Both the position numbers and the translations under genes were made by a program. Below are positions 19,442-27,528 of a DNA stretch of 55,514 bases, piece by piece (the first letter of the stretch is position 1; every line of letters begins with the position of its first letter). The notes beneath the pieces were generated by a model, which was not told where the DNA came from, ran no database searches, and saw nothing but the letters and a program-made list of their open reading frames with translations. The stretch lies in NCBI GenBank assembly GCA_016868105.1, contig VGIA01000002.1, positions 1 to 55,514 on the forward strand. The letters are read 5' to 3'. Source of the stretch: Betaproteobacteria bacterium (lineage in GTDB: Bacteria > Pseudomonadota > Gammaproteobacteria > Burkholderiales > SG8-39).

Positions 19442-20583
19442 GCCGTGACCCCCACCTTGTCCGCCGCCTGTTCAACCGCGGGACGCGCCAGCTTCGCGCC
19501 CGGCCACACCGCCGGATGGCTGCGCGCGTACTGCAGCGGGTAGTCCAGCTTGACGCCGAAGCGCTCGGCCGCGTGCCAGACCCAGCGCGGGTCGTCCAGC
19601 AATCCGCGCGCGATCGCGATCCAGTCGGCCTGCCCTGCGGCGAGGATGGCCTCCGCCTGCTGCGCATCGGCAATCATGCCCACGGCACGCACCGGGATGC
19701 CCGGCACCGCCTTCCTCACCGCGGCGGCGAACGGCACCTGGTAGCCCGGCGCGACCTTGATGCGCTGGGCGGCGGACACGCCGCCCGAAGTGATGCACAG
19801 GAAATCCAGACCGATGGCCTTCAGTTCCCTCGCGTACGCAATCGTGTCCGCGATCTCGAAACCACCCTCCATCCAGTCGCTGCCGGTGATGCGCGCGCCC
19901 AGGGCGAGTTCGCGCGGCCAGGCCTCGCGCAGGGCGCGCGCGACCTCCAGCGGGAAACGCATGCGATTCTCCAGGCTGCCGCCGTAGGCATCGCTGCGCC
20001 GGTTGGCAAGCGGCGACAGGAACTGGTGCAGCAGGTAGCCATGCGCCGAGTGCAGCTCGATGAGGTCGAACCCGGCGCGCCGGGCGCGCGCAGCCGAGGC
20101 GACGAAGGCGTCCACCAGACCGCGCAGATCCGCGACGGACAACTCACGCGGCGTGTGCCAGTCCTGATCGAACACCAGCGCCGAGGCCGAAACCGTCGGC
20201 CAGGGCGACTCGCCCGGCCCCAAGGCGCGGCCGCCGGCCCAGGGCGCCTGCGCCGAGCCCTTGCGCCCGGCGTGCGCCAGCTGCACGCCGATGGGCGAGC
20301 GGGACACGCGGCGGCAGAAGTCCACCACGCGCTTCATCGCCGCCTCGTTGCTGTCGCTGTACAGGCCGGTGCAACCGTGCGAGATGCGCCCTTCGCGCGT
20401 CACGCCGGTCGCCTCCACCATCTGCAGCCCGGCGCCGGAGGCGGCGAGGCTGCCCAGGTGCATCAGGTGCCAGTCGGTCATGCTGCCGTCTTCGGCGGAG
20501 TACTGGCACATCGGCGACACCGCGACGCGGTTGGGCAGCGTCACCCCGCCGATGTCGAGCGGTGAAAAAAGTTTTGATTTCAT
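19438..20583 (-). CDS. NADH:flavin oxidoreductase, Old Yellow Enzyme family
   Basis: LFSPLDIGGVTLPNRVAVSPMCQY...HAGRKGS...ELHSAHGYLLHQFLSPLANRRSDAYGGSLENRMRF motifs. Confidence 0.85.
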   Translation of the reverse strand: MKSKLFSPLDIGGVTLPNRVAVSPMCQYSAEDGSMTDWHLMHLGSLAASGAGLQMVEATGVTREGRISHGCTGLYSDSNEAAMKRVVDFCRRVSRSPIGVQLAHAGRKGSAQAPWAGGRALGPGESPWPTVSASALVFDQDWHTPRELSVADLRGLVDAFVASAARARRAGFDLIELHSAHGYLLHQFLSPLANRRSDAYGGSLENRMRFPLEVARALREAWPRELALGARITGSDWMEGGFEIADTIAYARELKAIGLDFLCITSGGVSAAQRIKVAPGYQVPFAAAVRKAVPGIPVRAVGMIADAQQAEAILAAGQADWIAIARGLLDDPRWVWHAAERFGVKLDYPLQYARSHPAVWPGAKLARPAVEQAADKVGVTA

Positions 20584-20686
20584 CGCGCGATTCTATGCGA
20601 TTTGACGCAGGTCAAGCCCGCGCGCGGGTTGCCTCGGTTTGTCGCCGTCGACCAGATGGATTACACGGTCGAGCAGCCGGGAAGGG

Positions 20687-21457
20687 CTAGGGGGCCGAGA
20701 CGCCGATGCCGCGCGCGGTGAACTCGCGCCGCAGCGCCTTCGCGAAGGCCACCGCGCCGGGCTGGTCGCCGTGCAGGCACAAGGTGCCCACCTCCACCGC
20801 GACGCGCTTGCCCGAGAGGCTGGTGACCGTACGCTGCTCCACCATGGCGAGCGCCTGCGCCACCGCTTTCGCCTCCTGCTCGATCAGCGCGCCCGCCTGC
20901 CCGCGCGGGGCGAGCGTGCCATCGTTCATGTAGCCGCGGTCGGCGAAGCCCTCGCCCACCGCCGGCACGCCATGCCTCTTGGCGCAGGCCATCATGGTGC
21001 TGCCGGCGAGGCCGTACAGGATCACCCCGCCCCCGAGGTCCTTCACCGCGCGCGCCATCGCGTCCGACAGCGGCTGGTCGTTGGCGGCCATGTTGTACAG
21101 CGCGCCGTGGCACTTGACGTGGTGCAGCTTCGCGCCCGCAGCGCGGGCGAATCCCTCCACGGCGCCAGCCTGGTAGATGATGAGGTCATAGAGTTCCTGC
21201 GGCGAAATCTTCATCGCGCGCCGGCCAAAGCCCATGATGTCCGGCAGCGACGGGTGCACGCCAATCGCGACGCCGTTGTCCACTGCGAGGCGCACAGTCT
21301 TGCGGATGGTGGCCGGGTCGCCGGCGTGGAAGCCCGCGGCGATGTTCGCGGAACTGATGTGCGGCATCACCTCGGCGTCGGCGCCCATCTTCCAGGCGCC
21401 GTAGCTCTCGCCCATGTCGCAGTTCAGATCGATCGTCCTGGTCAAGGTCTGGCTCAT
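20687..21457 (-). CDS. pxpA: 5-oxoprolinase subunit A family protein (LamB/YcsF)
   Basis: 256 aa from MSQTLTRTIDLNCDMGESYGAWKMG...AAGFHAGDP...VKCHGALYN motifs. ATGA overlap with pxpC at 21454-21457. Confidence 0.85.
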   Translation of the reverse strand: MSQTLTRTIDLNCDMGESYGAWKMGADAEVMPHISSANIAAGFHAGDPATIRKTVRLAVDNGVAIGVHPSLPDIMGFGRRAMKISPQELYDLIIYQAGAVEGFARAAGAKLHHVKCHGALYNMAANDQPLSDAMARAVKDLGGGVILYGLAGSTMMACAKRHGVPAVGEGFADRGYMNDGTLAPRGQAGALIEQEAKAVAQALAMVEQRTVTSLSGKRVAVEVGTLCLHGDQPGAVAFAKALRREFTARGIGVSAP

Positions 21458-22461
21458 CGGAAGGTCCAGTTGAGTGCGCGCAACGCCGAATCCACCCGCC
21501 GCCGCAGCACGCGGCGCAATTCCCCCGCCTGCTCCAGCGTGCAGCGCGCGAAGCGCACGCTGCCGCCGGGGGCCAGCTGCGCCAGGCGCGGCACGTCGGC
21601 CGCCGCGATTTCCGCGATCTTGGGGTAGCCGCCGGTGGTCTGGTGGTCCGCCATGAGCGCGATCGGCTGGCCGCCGGAGGGCACCTGCACCGTGCCCAGG
21701 CAGGCCGGTTCGGAGTTTATCTCGCCCGCCCGTTCCCGCGCGAGCCCCGGCCCCGCCAAGCGCAAGCCCATGCGGTTGGAGTCCGGCGACACCCGCCAGG
21801 TGGCCTCGAAGAACGCGCGCCGCGAGGCAGCGTCGAACAGGTCGTGGTGCCGGCCTTCCATGGCGTGGACCAGGATGGGCTCGCGCTCGGGCCGCGTCAG
21901 CGCCGGCACCGACCAGGCGACGCTGCGCACGCCGCCGTCGAACACCTTCTTCGATTGCAGCCGGGCGAAGCGGGTCGCGGCCAGGCGCGCGGCATCCTTT
22001 GCCAGCGGCACGCGGTCGCCCATGCGCAGGGCGCGGCCCTCCAGCCCGCCGAAGCGGGCCGGGATGTAGGTGCTGCGGCTGCCCAACACCGGCGCGGTGG
22101 CGATGCCGCCGGCGACCGCGAGGTAGGCACGGCTTCCCGCCACCGCGCGCAAAACCTGCAGGCGGTCGCCCCTGCCCACCAGCACCGGCCGGTCCAGGGG
22201 CAGCGTGGCGCCGTTCAGGCGCGCGTCGAATTCCGCGCCGCACAGCGCCACCAGCGCCTCCTGCTCGAACAGCAGTTCCGGCCCCAGCACCGTGACTTCG
22301 AGCGCCGCCTCCGCCGGCGCGTTGCCCACCAGCGCGTTGGCGAACTCGAGCGCGATGCCGTCCATCGCGCCACAGGGCACCACGCCGATGTGCTGCAGGC
22401 CGTGGCGGCCGGCGTCCTGCACGGTCGTCTGCAGGCCCGGCTTGTTGACGAGGATGCTCAC
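21454..22461 (-). CDS. pxpC: 5-oxoprolinase subunit C family protein (KipA / allophanate hydrolase subunit 2-like)
   Basis: GTG 22461: VSILVNKPGLQTTVQDAGRHGLQHIGVVPCGAMD...SPDSNRMGLRL...MADHQTTGGYPKIA. Confidence 0.8.
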   Translation of the reverse strand: MSILVNKPGLQTTVQDAGRHGLQHIGVVPCGAMDGIALEFANALVGNAPAEAALEVTVLGPELLFEQEALVALCGAEFDARLNGATLPLDRPVLVGRGDRLQVLRAVAGSRAYLAVAGGIATAPVLGSRSTYIPARFGGLEGRALRMGDRVPLAKDAARLAATRFARLQSKKVFDGGVRSVAWSVPALTRPEREPILVHAMEGRHHDLFDAASRRAFFEATWRVSPDSNRMGLRLAGPGLARERAGEINSEPACLGTVQVPSGGQPIALMADHQTTGGYPKIAEIAAADVPRLAQLAPGGSVRFARCTLEQAGELRRVLRRRVDSALRALNWTFR

Positions 22462-22468
22462 CCGTTTC

Positions 22469-23170
22469 TCACGCCAGTCGCTCGAACTCGGACAGGGCGA
22501 TCGGCATGAAGCGCACCCGGTCGCCGGGCGCGAACAGGCTGGGTGGCTCGCGCGCCGGATCGAACACCCTGAGCGGGGTGCGGCCGATGATGCTCCAGCC
22601 GCCGGGCGTCTCGTAGGGATAGACCGCGGTCTGCAGGTTGGCGATGGCGACCGACCCCGCCGGCATGCGCGTGCGCGGCGTGGCGCGCCGCGGCAGCGAC
22701 AGCCTGGGGTCCAGCCCCCCGATGTAGGGCTGGCCGGGCGAGAACCCGACCATGAGCACCCGGTGGAGGAGCTTTGCATGGCGCTTCGCGATCTCCGCCT
22801 GCGACAGCGACAGCTTCGCCGCCAGTTCCGGCAGGTCGAGGCCGAACTCGGCTGCGTAGCAGACAGGGACCTCGACGGTGCGTCCCGAATCCTCGAACTT
22901 CCCGGCCAGCTTTAAGCATTCCGCCAGCAGCGCCTTGCAGTGCGGCAGGATCGGGTCGGGCAGTCCCGGGTGGTAGGGATCGACGTGCAGCGCGATGCCG
23001 CACAGCGCCGGGACGATGTCGCGGAGCCACGGCAGCCTGCGCGCGCGCAGGGCCGCAGCCAGCGCCTGCAGGGACTGATTGGTCTGGAGATCCAGTGTTT
23101 CGCCGAATTCGGCGTACAGCGCCGAGTCGCCCAGCGGCGAGAGGCGCAGGGTCTTGAGGAGCTTTTTCAG
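22469..23170 (-). CDS. pxpB: 5-oxoprolinase subunit B family protein (KipI / allophanate hydrolase subunit 1-like); no canonical start codon
   Basis: Continuous frame LKKLLKTLRLSPLGDSALYAEFGE...VPALCGIALHVDP...MVGFSPGQPYIGGLD...TPGGWSIIGRTP. The first ~137 codons contain no ATG/GTG/TTG. CTG at 23168-23170 overlaps the TGA of the upstream gene (CTGA). Confidence 0.7.
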   Translation of the reverse strand: MKKLLKTLRLSPLGDSALYAEFGETLDLQTNQSLQALAAALRARRLPWLRDIVPALCGIALHVDPYHPGLPDPILPHCKALLAECLKLAGKFEDSGRTVEVPVCYAAEFGLDLPELAAKLSLSQAEIAKRHAKLLHRVLMVGFSPGQPYIGGLDPRLSLPRRATPRTRMPAGSVAIANLQTAVYPYETPGGWSIIGRTPLRVFDPAREPPSLFAPGDRVRFMPIALSEFERLA

Positions 23171-23520
23171 GGTTGCCGCGGGCGCGCCACGCCCAGCTGC
23201 AGCTCGCGGTGGTGGCGCGCGTCCTGGGCGATCGCCGCGGCCAGTTCCGCGAGGCCCTGCTCGTCGGCCAGCCCGCGCCCGATCAGCAGGCGCTCGAGCG
23301 CCCGCACCCAGTGCAGGTAATAGGTGTCGCCGCGGTCGGGGTCGCCTTCAGCCTGCGCGTCGCGGATCACCTGCGCCAGGGTTTCGGCCCACTCGGTCCA
23401 GGTGAACAGCCCCCTCTGGTGCAACTGCAGCGCCAGCGCGAAGGCGAGCGCCTCCCAGGGGGCGTTGAACACCGGCGCTTCGGCGGGCCGATTCAAGCGC
23501 GTTCCAGGTAATCGTCCCAC
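23167..23520 (-). CDS. nitrile hydratase accessory (activator) protein
   Basis: FNAPWEALAFALALQLHQRGLFTWTEWAETLAQVIRDAQAEGDPDRGDTYYLHWVRALERLL is typical of NHase accessory proteins. Start is GTG 23520, or TTG 23496 (TTGA overlap with the nthB stop). Confidence 0.75.
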   Translation of the reverse strand: MGRLPGTRLNRPAEAPVFNAPWEALAFALALQLHQRGLFTWTEWAETLAQVIRDAQAEGDPDRGDTYYLHWVRALERLLIGRGLADEQGLAELAAAIAQDARHHRELQLGVARPRQP

Positions 23521-24158
23521 AGGTCCAGGTGGACGCTGTCACGGGAAACTTCGCGGCGCGGCTCGCCCCACAGCTCCCCGGCGCTGAAGCGCACGCTGTA
23601 GCAATGCTGCGGCTTCGGACCCAGGCCCAGCGCATGCGTGTCCGGGAATACGTACGCGCCGTGATCCAGGTGCACCACGCCCTGCCTGCCGCGGCAATAG
23701 CGCGGCATCCGGGTATGCGCGGGCGGGTTGAGGTTCTTCACCCGCACCCGCTCGCCGACCACGAAGCGCGGCGCGACCGGATCGTCCAGCTTGGCGCCGC
23801 GGCTGTTGGCCAGCATCTTCATCGCGGTCGCGGCGTCGGGCGCCGCGAGCGACGGATCGCGCGGCTCGAGGGCGCGGCCGGCGCGCAGTTCCTCCGCTGT
23901 CACCAGGCCCTTTTCCACCGCCAGCCGCTCCAGGCCCTTGTGCCACAGCTCGTAGTAGCTCAAGGCGAGGTACTCGGCCGGGTCGCGGTTCTCGCGCGCA
24001 AAGCGCGACATGTCGAGGTTCCAGCGCCCCAGCATGCCCAGCGCGAGCGTGACGGCGAAGGCGCGCCGCTCCCAGTCGTGATGGAACACCGGTTCGTCGG
24101 GCTCCGGGATCACCGGACCGAAACCCTGCATGCCGCCCAGGTCCTGGCCGCCGTTCAT
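23493..24158 (-). CDS. nthB: nitrile hydratase beta subunit
   Basis: 221 aa: [16 protein letters not shown]...[18 protein letters not shown]...[12 protein letters not shown]...[18 protein letters not shown] overlap with nthA. Confidence 0.85.
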   Translation of the reverse strand: MNGGQDLGGMQGFGPVIPEPDEPVFHHDWERRAFAVTLALGMLGRWNLDMSRFARENRDPAEYLALSYYELWHKGLERLAVEKGLVTAEELRAGRALEPRDPSLAAPDAATAMKMLANSRGAKLDDPVAPRFVVGERVRVKNLNPPAHTRMPRYCRGRQGVVHLDHGAYVFPDTHALGLGPKPQHCYSVRFSAGELWGEPRREVSRDSVHLDLWDDYLERA

Positions 24159-24787
24159 CGCGCGGTGCCGATCATGTGGTCGCGGGTCACCAGCGCGGCC
24201 AGTTCGGCCTCGCCGAGCCGTTCGGTGCCCGCCGGCCGCTCCGGGATCACCAGGTAGCGGATCTCGGCGGTCGAGTCCCAGACCCGGACCTCGACCTCCT
24301 GCGGCAGATCGACGCCGAACTCGCGCAACACGCCGCGCGGGTCGGATACGGCACGGGAACGGTACGGCGCGGACTTGTACCAGACCGGGGGCAGGCCCAG
24401 CACCGCCCAGGGGTAGCAGGAGCACAGGGTGCAGACCACCATGTTGTGCACCCTCGGGGAGTTCTCCAGCGCCACCAGGTGCTCGCTCTGGCGGCCGACG
24501 TAGCCCATGCTCGCGATCGCCGTGGTCGCGTCGCGCAGCAGCAGCTCCCGGTAGGCCGGATCGGTCCAGGCCTTGGCCACCACGCGCGCGCCGTTGCGCG
24601 GCCCGACGCGGTGCTCGTAGGTCTCGATCAGCGCCTCCAGCGCCTTCGGATCGACCAAACCCTTCTCGGTCGCGATCCGCTCCAGGGCGCGCACGCGGAA
24701 GGTGATGGTATCGTCGTCGTGACGATGATCATGGTCGTGGCCATGGTCGTGGTCATGGTCGTGGCCGTGATCGCTTCGGCCGCTCAT
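24155..24787 (-). CDS. nthA: nitrile hydratase alpha subunit, cobalt type, with His/Asp-rich N-terminal tail
   Basis: Metal-site motif [10 protein letters not shown] (Thr and Tyr indicate the Co type). N-terminus [30 protein letters not shown] overlap with the ThDP enzyme gene at 24784-24787. Confidence 0.88.
   Translation of the reverse strand: MSGRSDHGHDHDHDHGHDHDHRHDDDTITFRVRALERIATEKGLVDPKALEALIETYEHRVGPRNGARVVAKAWTDPAYRELLLRDATTAIASMGYVGRQSEHLVALENSPRVHNMVVCTLCSCYPWAVLGLPPVWYKSAPYRSRAVSDPRGVLREFGVDLPQEVEVRVWDSTAEIRYLVIPERPAGTERLGEAELAALVTRDHMIGTAR
24719..24775. repeat. 12-nt tandem repeat encoding the His/Asp tract of NthA
   Basis: Core of three copies ATGGTCGTGG(C/T)C at 24731-24766, flanked by degenerate copies. 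Each unit encodes (G/D)HDH on the minus strand. Confidence 0.9.
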
Positions 24788-26487
24788 GCCACCCACTCCG
24801 ATACCGGCGCCTTTGCCTCGTGCAGCGGCTGGCAGACGATGTCCACCAGCGACGGCCCGCCGTGCGCGAAGGCCGCCTTGAGCGCGCCGGCCAGCCGCCA
24901 GGGTTCGGTCACGCGCCAGGCTTTCACGCCGAACGCCTCGGCGACCCGCGCGTGGTCGGTGACGCCGAAGTCCACCGAGAAGTAGCGCGCGCCGTAGCCC
25001 GTCTTCTGCCCCGCCTTGATCCAGCCGTAGACCGCATTCGAGATCACGACGAACGTGACCGGGAGCTTCAGGCGCGCAGCGGTTTCCAGTTCGCCGGCGC
25101 ACATGCCGAAGCTGCCGTCGCCCATGACGCCGACGGTCTTCACCGACGGCCGGCCGAAGTGCGCGCCGATGGCCGCGGCCAGGCAATAGCCCAGCGCGCC
25201 ATGCGCGCGGTTGGAGAACACGCGCTTGCCGGTACCCCGGATCGGGTAGAACGCCGAGAAGTACGGGCAGGGCGTGCCCGGATCCAGCACCACGATGGCA
25301 TCGGGGTCCAGGGCCCGCGCCATCTCGGCCACCACGCGCTCGGGCTTGATGGGCGCCTCCTCCGATCTGGCGAGGGCGTCGAACTTGGTGAACTTGGCCT
25401 CGCGCGCCCTCTTCACCGCGTCGGCGTCGAGCGGGCGATTCATGCCATCGAGCGTCTCGTTCAGCGCCGCCAGCGCCAGCTTGGCGTCCGCCACCAGCGG
25501 CACATCCACCTTGTAGTTGGCGCCAATCGCCTTCGGGTCCACGTCCAGGTGCAGCACCCGCGTCTTGCCCGGTGCCGGATGGCGCCAGCGCTCCGTGGTG
25601 ACCGACCCGGCGCGGCAGGTGATGAAGAACACCAGGTCTGCGGCATCCACGATCGAGCGGGTTTCCGGGGTGCCGCCGTTCGATCCCACCACGCCCACTG
25701 CCAGCGGGTGGTCGTCGGCGATGGCGCCCTGCCCGCTGACGGTGGTCGCCACCGGCGCGGACAACTTCATCGCCAGTTCCGCGAGTTCCGACTCCGCCCC
25801 GGACATGACCACGCCGCCGCCGCAGATGAACACCGGGTTCCTGGCCGCGCGCAGCAGCTTCGCCGCCAGCTCGACGTGCAAGGGGTCGGGCGCGCTCCGG
25901 CGCGCGGGGATCTGCCCGAGGCTGGGGTCGGCCCAGACCTCGCTGCGCTCCACCGGGCCGTTCTGCACATCGAAAGGCAGCGCGATGTGCGCCGATCCCG
26001 GCCGACCGGTGGTCATCTCGCTGAACGCGGCGCGGAGGCTGCGCGGGATGTCCTGCGGGCGCTCCAGCACCGCGTTCCACTTGGTGACCGGCTTCATCAG
26101 CGCGCCCTGGTCCAGCTCGGTCAGGGTGAAGCGGCCGCGAGAGGATACCGACACGTCGGTGTTGATCGCGAGCACCGGCACCGAGGATTGGTTCGCCTCC
26201 ACCAGTCCGGGCAGGATGTAGGTGGCGCCTCCGCCCGAAGGCCCCTCGCACACGCCGACCTTGCCCGAGACGCGGGCGTAGCCGTCGGCCATGTAGGCGG
26301 CGTGGCGCTCGTCCCTCGTCAGCACGTGCCGCATTCCGTGCGGCAGCCGCGCCAGCGCGTCGTAGAACGGCAGGCTGGTGTCGCCGCACAGGCCGAAAAT
26401 CACCTCGACGCCATGCATCTGGAGCATCTCCACCGCTGCTTCGGCGCCGGTGAGGGTGGCCGCTGCCGCATCAACGGGTTTGTTCAT
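24784..26487 (-). CDS. thiamine diphosphate-dependent enzyme (acetolactate synthase large subunit-like family), substrate unknown
   Basis: 567 aa from [41 protein letters not shown]...GPSGGGATY...GDGSFGM...NAVYG (ThDP GDG-x-N motif). Confidence 0.8.
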   Translation of the reverse strand: MNKPVDAAAATLTGAEAAVEMLQMHGVEVIFGLCGDTSLPFYDALARLPHGMRHVLTRDERHAAYMADGYARVSGKVGVCEGPSGGGATYILPGLVEANQSSVPVLAINTDVSVSSRGRFTLTELDQGALMKPVTKWNAVLERPQDIPRSLRAAFSEMTTGRPGSAHIALPFDVQNGPVERSEVWADPSLGQIPARRSAPDPLHVELAAKLLRAARNPVFICGGGVVMSGAESELAELAMKLSAPVATTVSGQGAIADDHPLAVGVVGSNGGTPETRSIVDAADLVFFITCRAGSVTTERWRHPAPGKTRVLHLDVDPKAIGANYKVDVPLVADAKLALAALNETLDGMNRPLDADAVKRAREAKFTKFDALARSEEAPIKPERVVAEMARALDPDAIVVLDPGTPCPYFSAFYPIRGTGKRVFSNRAHGALGYCLAAAIGAHFGRPSVKTVGVMGDGSFGMCAGELETAARLKLPVTFVVISNAVYGWIKAGQKTGYGARYFSVDFGVTDHARVAEAFGVKAWRVTEPWRLAGALKAAFAHGGPSLVDIVCQPLHEAKAPVSEWVA

Positions 26488-26503
26488 GCGGCTATTATAG
26501 GGC

Positions 26504-27376
26504 GTGGAAAAATACGTTCCCGCGCCCGGCGAGCTGGTGCTCGACCATGTCGCGCACTTCGTCCCCGATCTCGTCGCCGCGCGCGGTGCGCTGCAGGCGA
26601 TGGGCTTCGCGGTGACGCCGGAATCGGCGCAGTCGAGCCCGGATGGCCCCGCCGGGACCTCCAACGTGACCGTGATGCTGCCGCAGGGCTACCTGGAGTT
26701 CCTCGCCCCCACCATGGACACGCCCAACGCCGCGAGGCTGCGCGCCACCATGTCCCGCTATTGCGGGGTGCACCTCGCCTGCTTCGGCACGCCGGCCGCC
26801 GCAGCCGAGCATGCTCGCCTCGCCACGCACGGCTTCGCGCCGCTGCCGCTGGTCGAATTGGGCCGGGAAACCGAGACCGGGCGGGCGCAGTTCAAGCTGA
26901 TCCGCTGCGCGCCCGAGGCCATGCCCGAGGGACGCGTGCAGTTCGTCGAGCATCTAAGCCCCGAAGTGATCTGGCACGAGCGCTGGATGGGGCACGCGAA
27001 CGGCGTGCGCAAGCTCGCCTGCGTGTTCGTGGTCGCGGACGATCCGGTCGCCGTCGCCGCCCGCTGGGCGCACTTTGCCGCGCTGCTGCCCCGGCCCGCC
27101 GGCCGCTTCGTGCATCTGAGGACCGACCGGGGCGACGTGCTGGTGGGCCGGCGTGGCGAATGGGAGCAGCTCTTCGGCGACAAGGTACCCGCGGCGCCGG
27201 CGCTCGCGGGCTACGCGCTGGAATGCGAGGACCCGGAAGGCCTCGCGCGCCGCGTGCTGCTGGCGGGTGCCGCGGTCCGCAAGCTCCGGCCGCGGCTCTT
27301 CGCCGCGGGGCTGCCGGCGGCGCTGGGCGGGAACTGGGTGGTCGGCACCGCGGCGGCGCTGGCGCTGGACGGTTGA
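26504..27376 (+). CDS. glyoxalase-like (VOC superfamily) domain protein
   Basis: 290 aa. LDHVAHFVPDL...YLEFLAP and the later VQFVEH resemble the Glyoxalase-like domain family. GTG start only 16 bp from the divergent ThDP gene start. Confidence 0.5.
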   Translation: MEKYVPAPGELVLDHVAHFVPDLVAARGALQAMGFAVTPESAQSSPDGPAGTSNVTVMLPQGYLEFLAPTMDTPNAARLRATMSRYCGVHLACFGTPAAAAEHARLATHGFAPLPLVELGRETETGRAQFKLIRCAPEAMPEGRVQFVEHLSPEVIWHERWMGHANGVRKLACVFVVADDPVAVAARWAHFAALLPRPAGRFVHLRTDRGDVLVGRRGEWEQLFGDKVPAAPALAGYALECEDPEGLARRVLLAGAAVRKLRPRLFAAGLPAALGGNWVVGTAAALALDG

Positions 27377-27528
27377 GCTGCGCTGGGCACGGCACGAGGC
27401 CGGCACTGCCCAGATCGGCAGCGCACCGATCAGCCTTCAGAACGCGGCGCGAAAGGCGTTCAGCGCCGGTTCGTTGCGCCAGGCTTGGGCGCCGGGGACC
27501 TGCGCCAGCGCCGGGGATTCAGCCGCCA

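Noticed and set aside
20687-22243. 518-aa ORF that looks like a large fusion protein; likewise 24155-26389 (744 aa), 27529-29406 (625 aa), 29461-31035, 31592-32947, 32880-33893, 41564-43006 and 49940-51580
   Set aside because: Only the C-terminal parts carry family motifs. The N-terminal extensions run out of frame through the upstream gene. In most cases the real starts coincide with ATGA (or similar) junctions with that gene.
24719-24775. Short tandem repeats considered as a CRISPR-like or minisatellite element
   Set aside because: The units are 12 nt with no spacers and lie in frame inside nthA, where they encode the His/Asp tract. This is a coding repeat, not a CRISPR array.
27377-27528. 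Convergent gap between the VOC gene and cfa, checked for a bidirectional terminator
   Set aside because: There is only a 6-bp stem (GATCGG...CCGATC, 27413-27431) without a T-tract, too weak to call.
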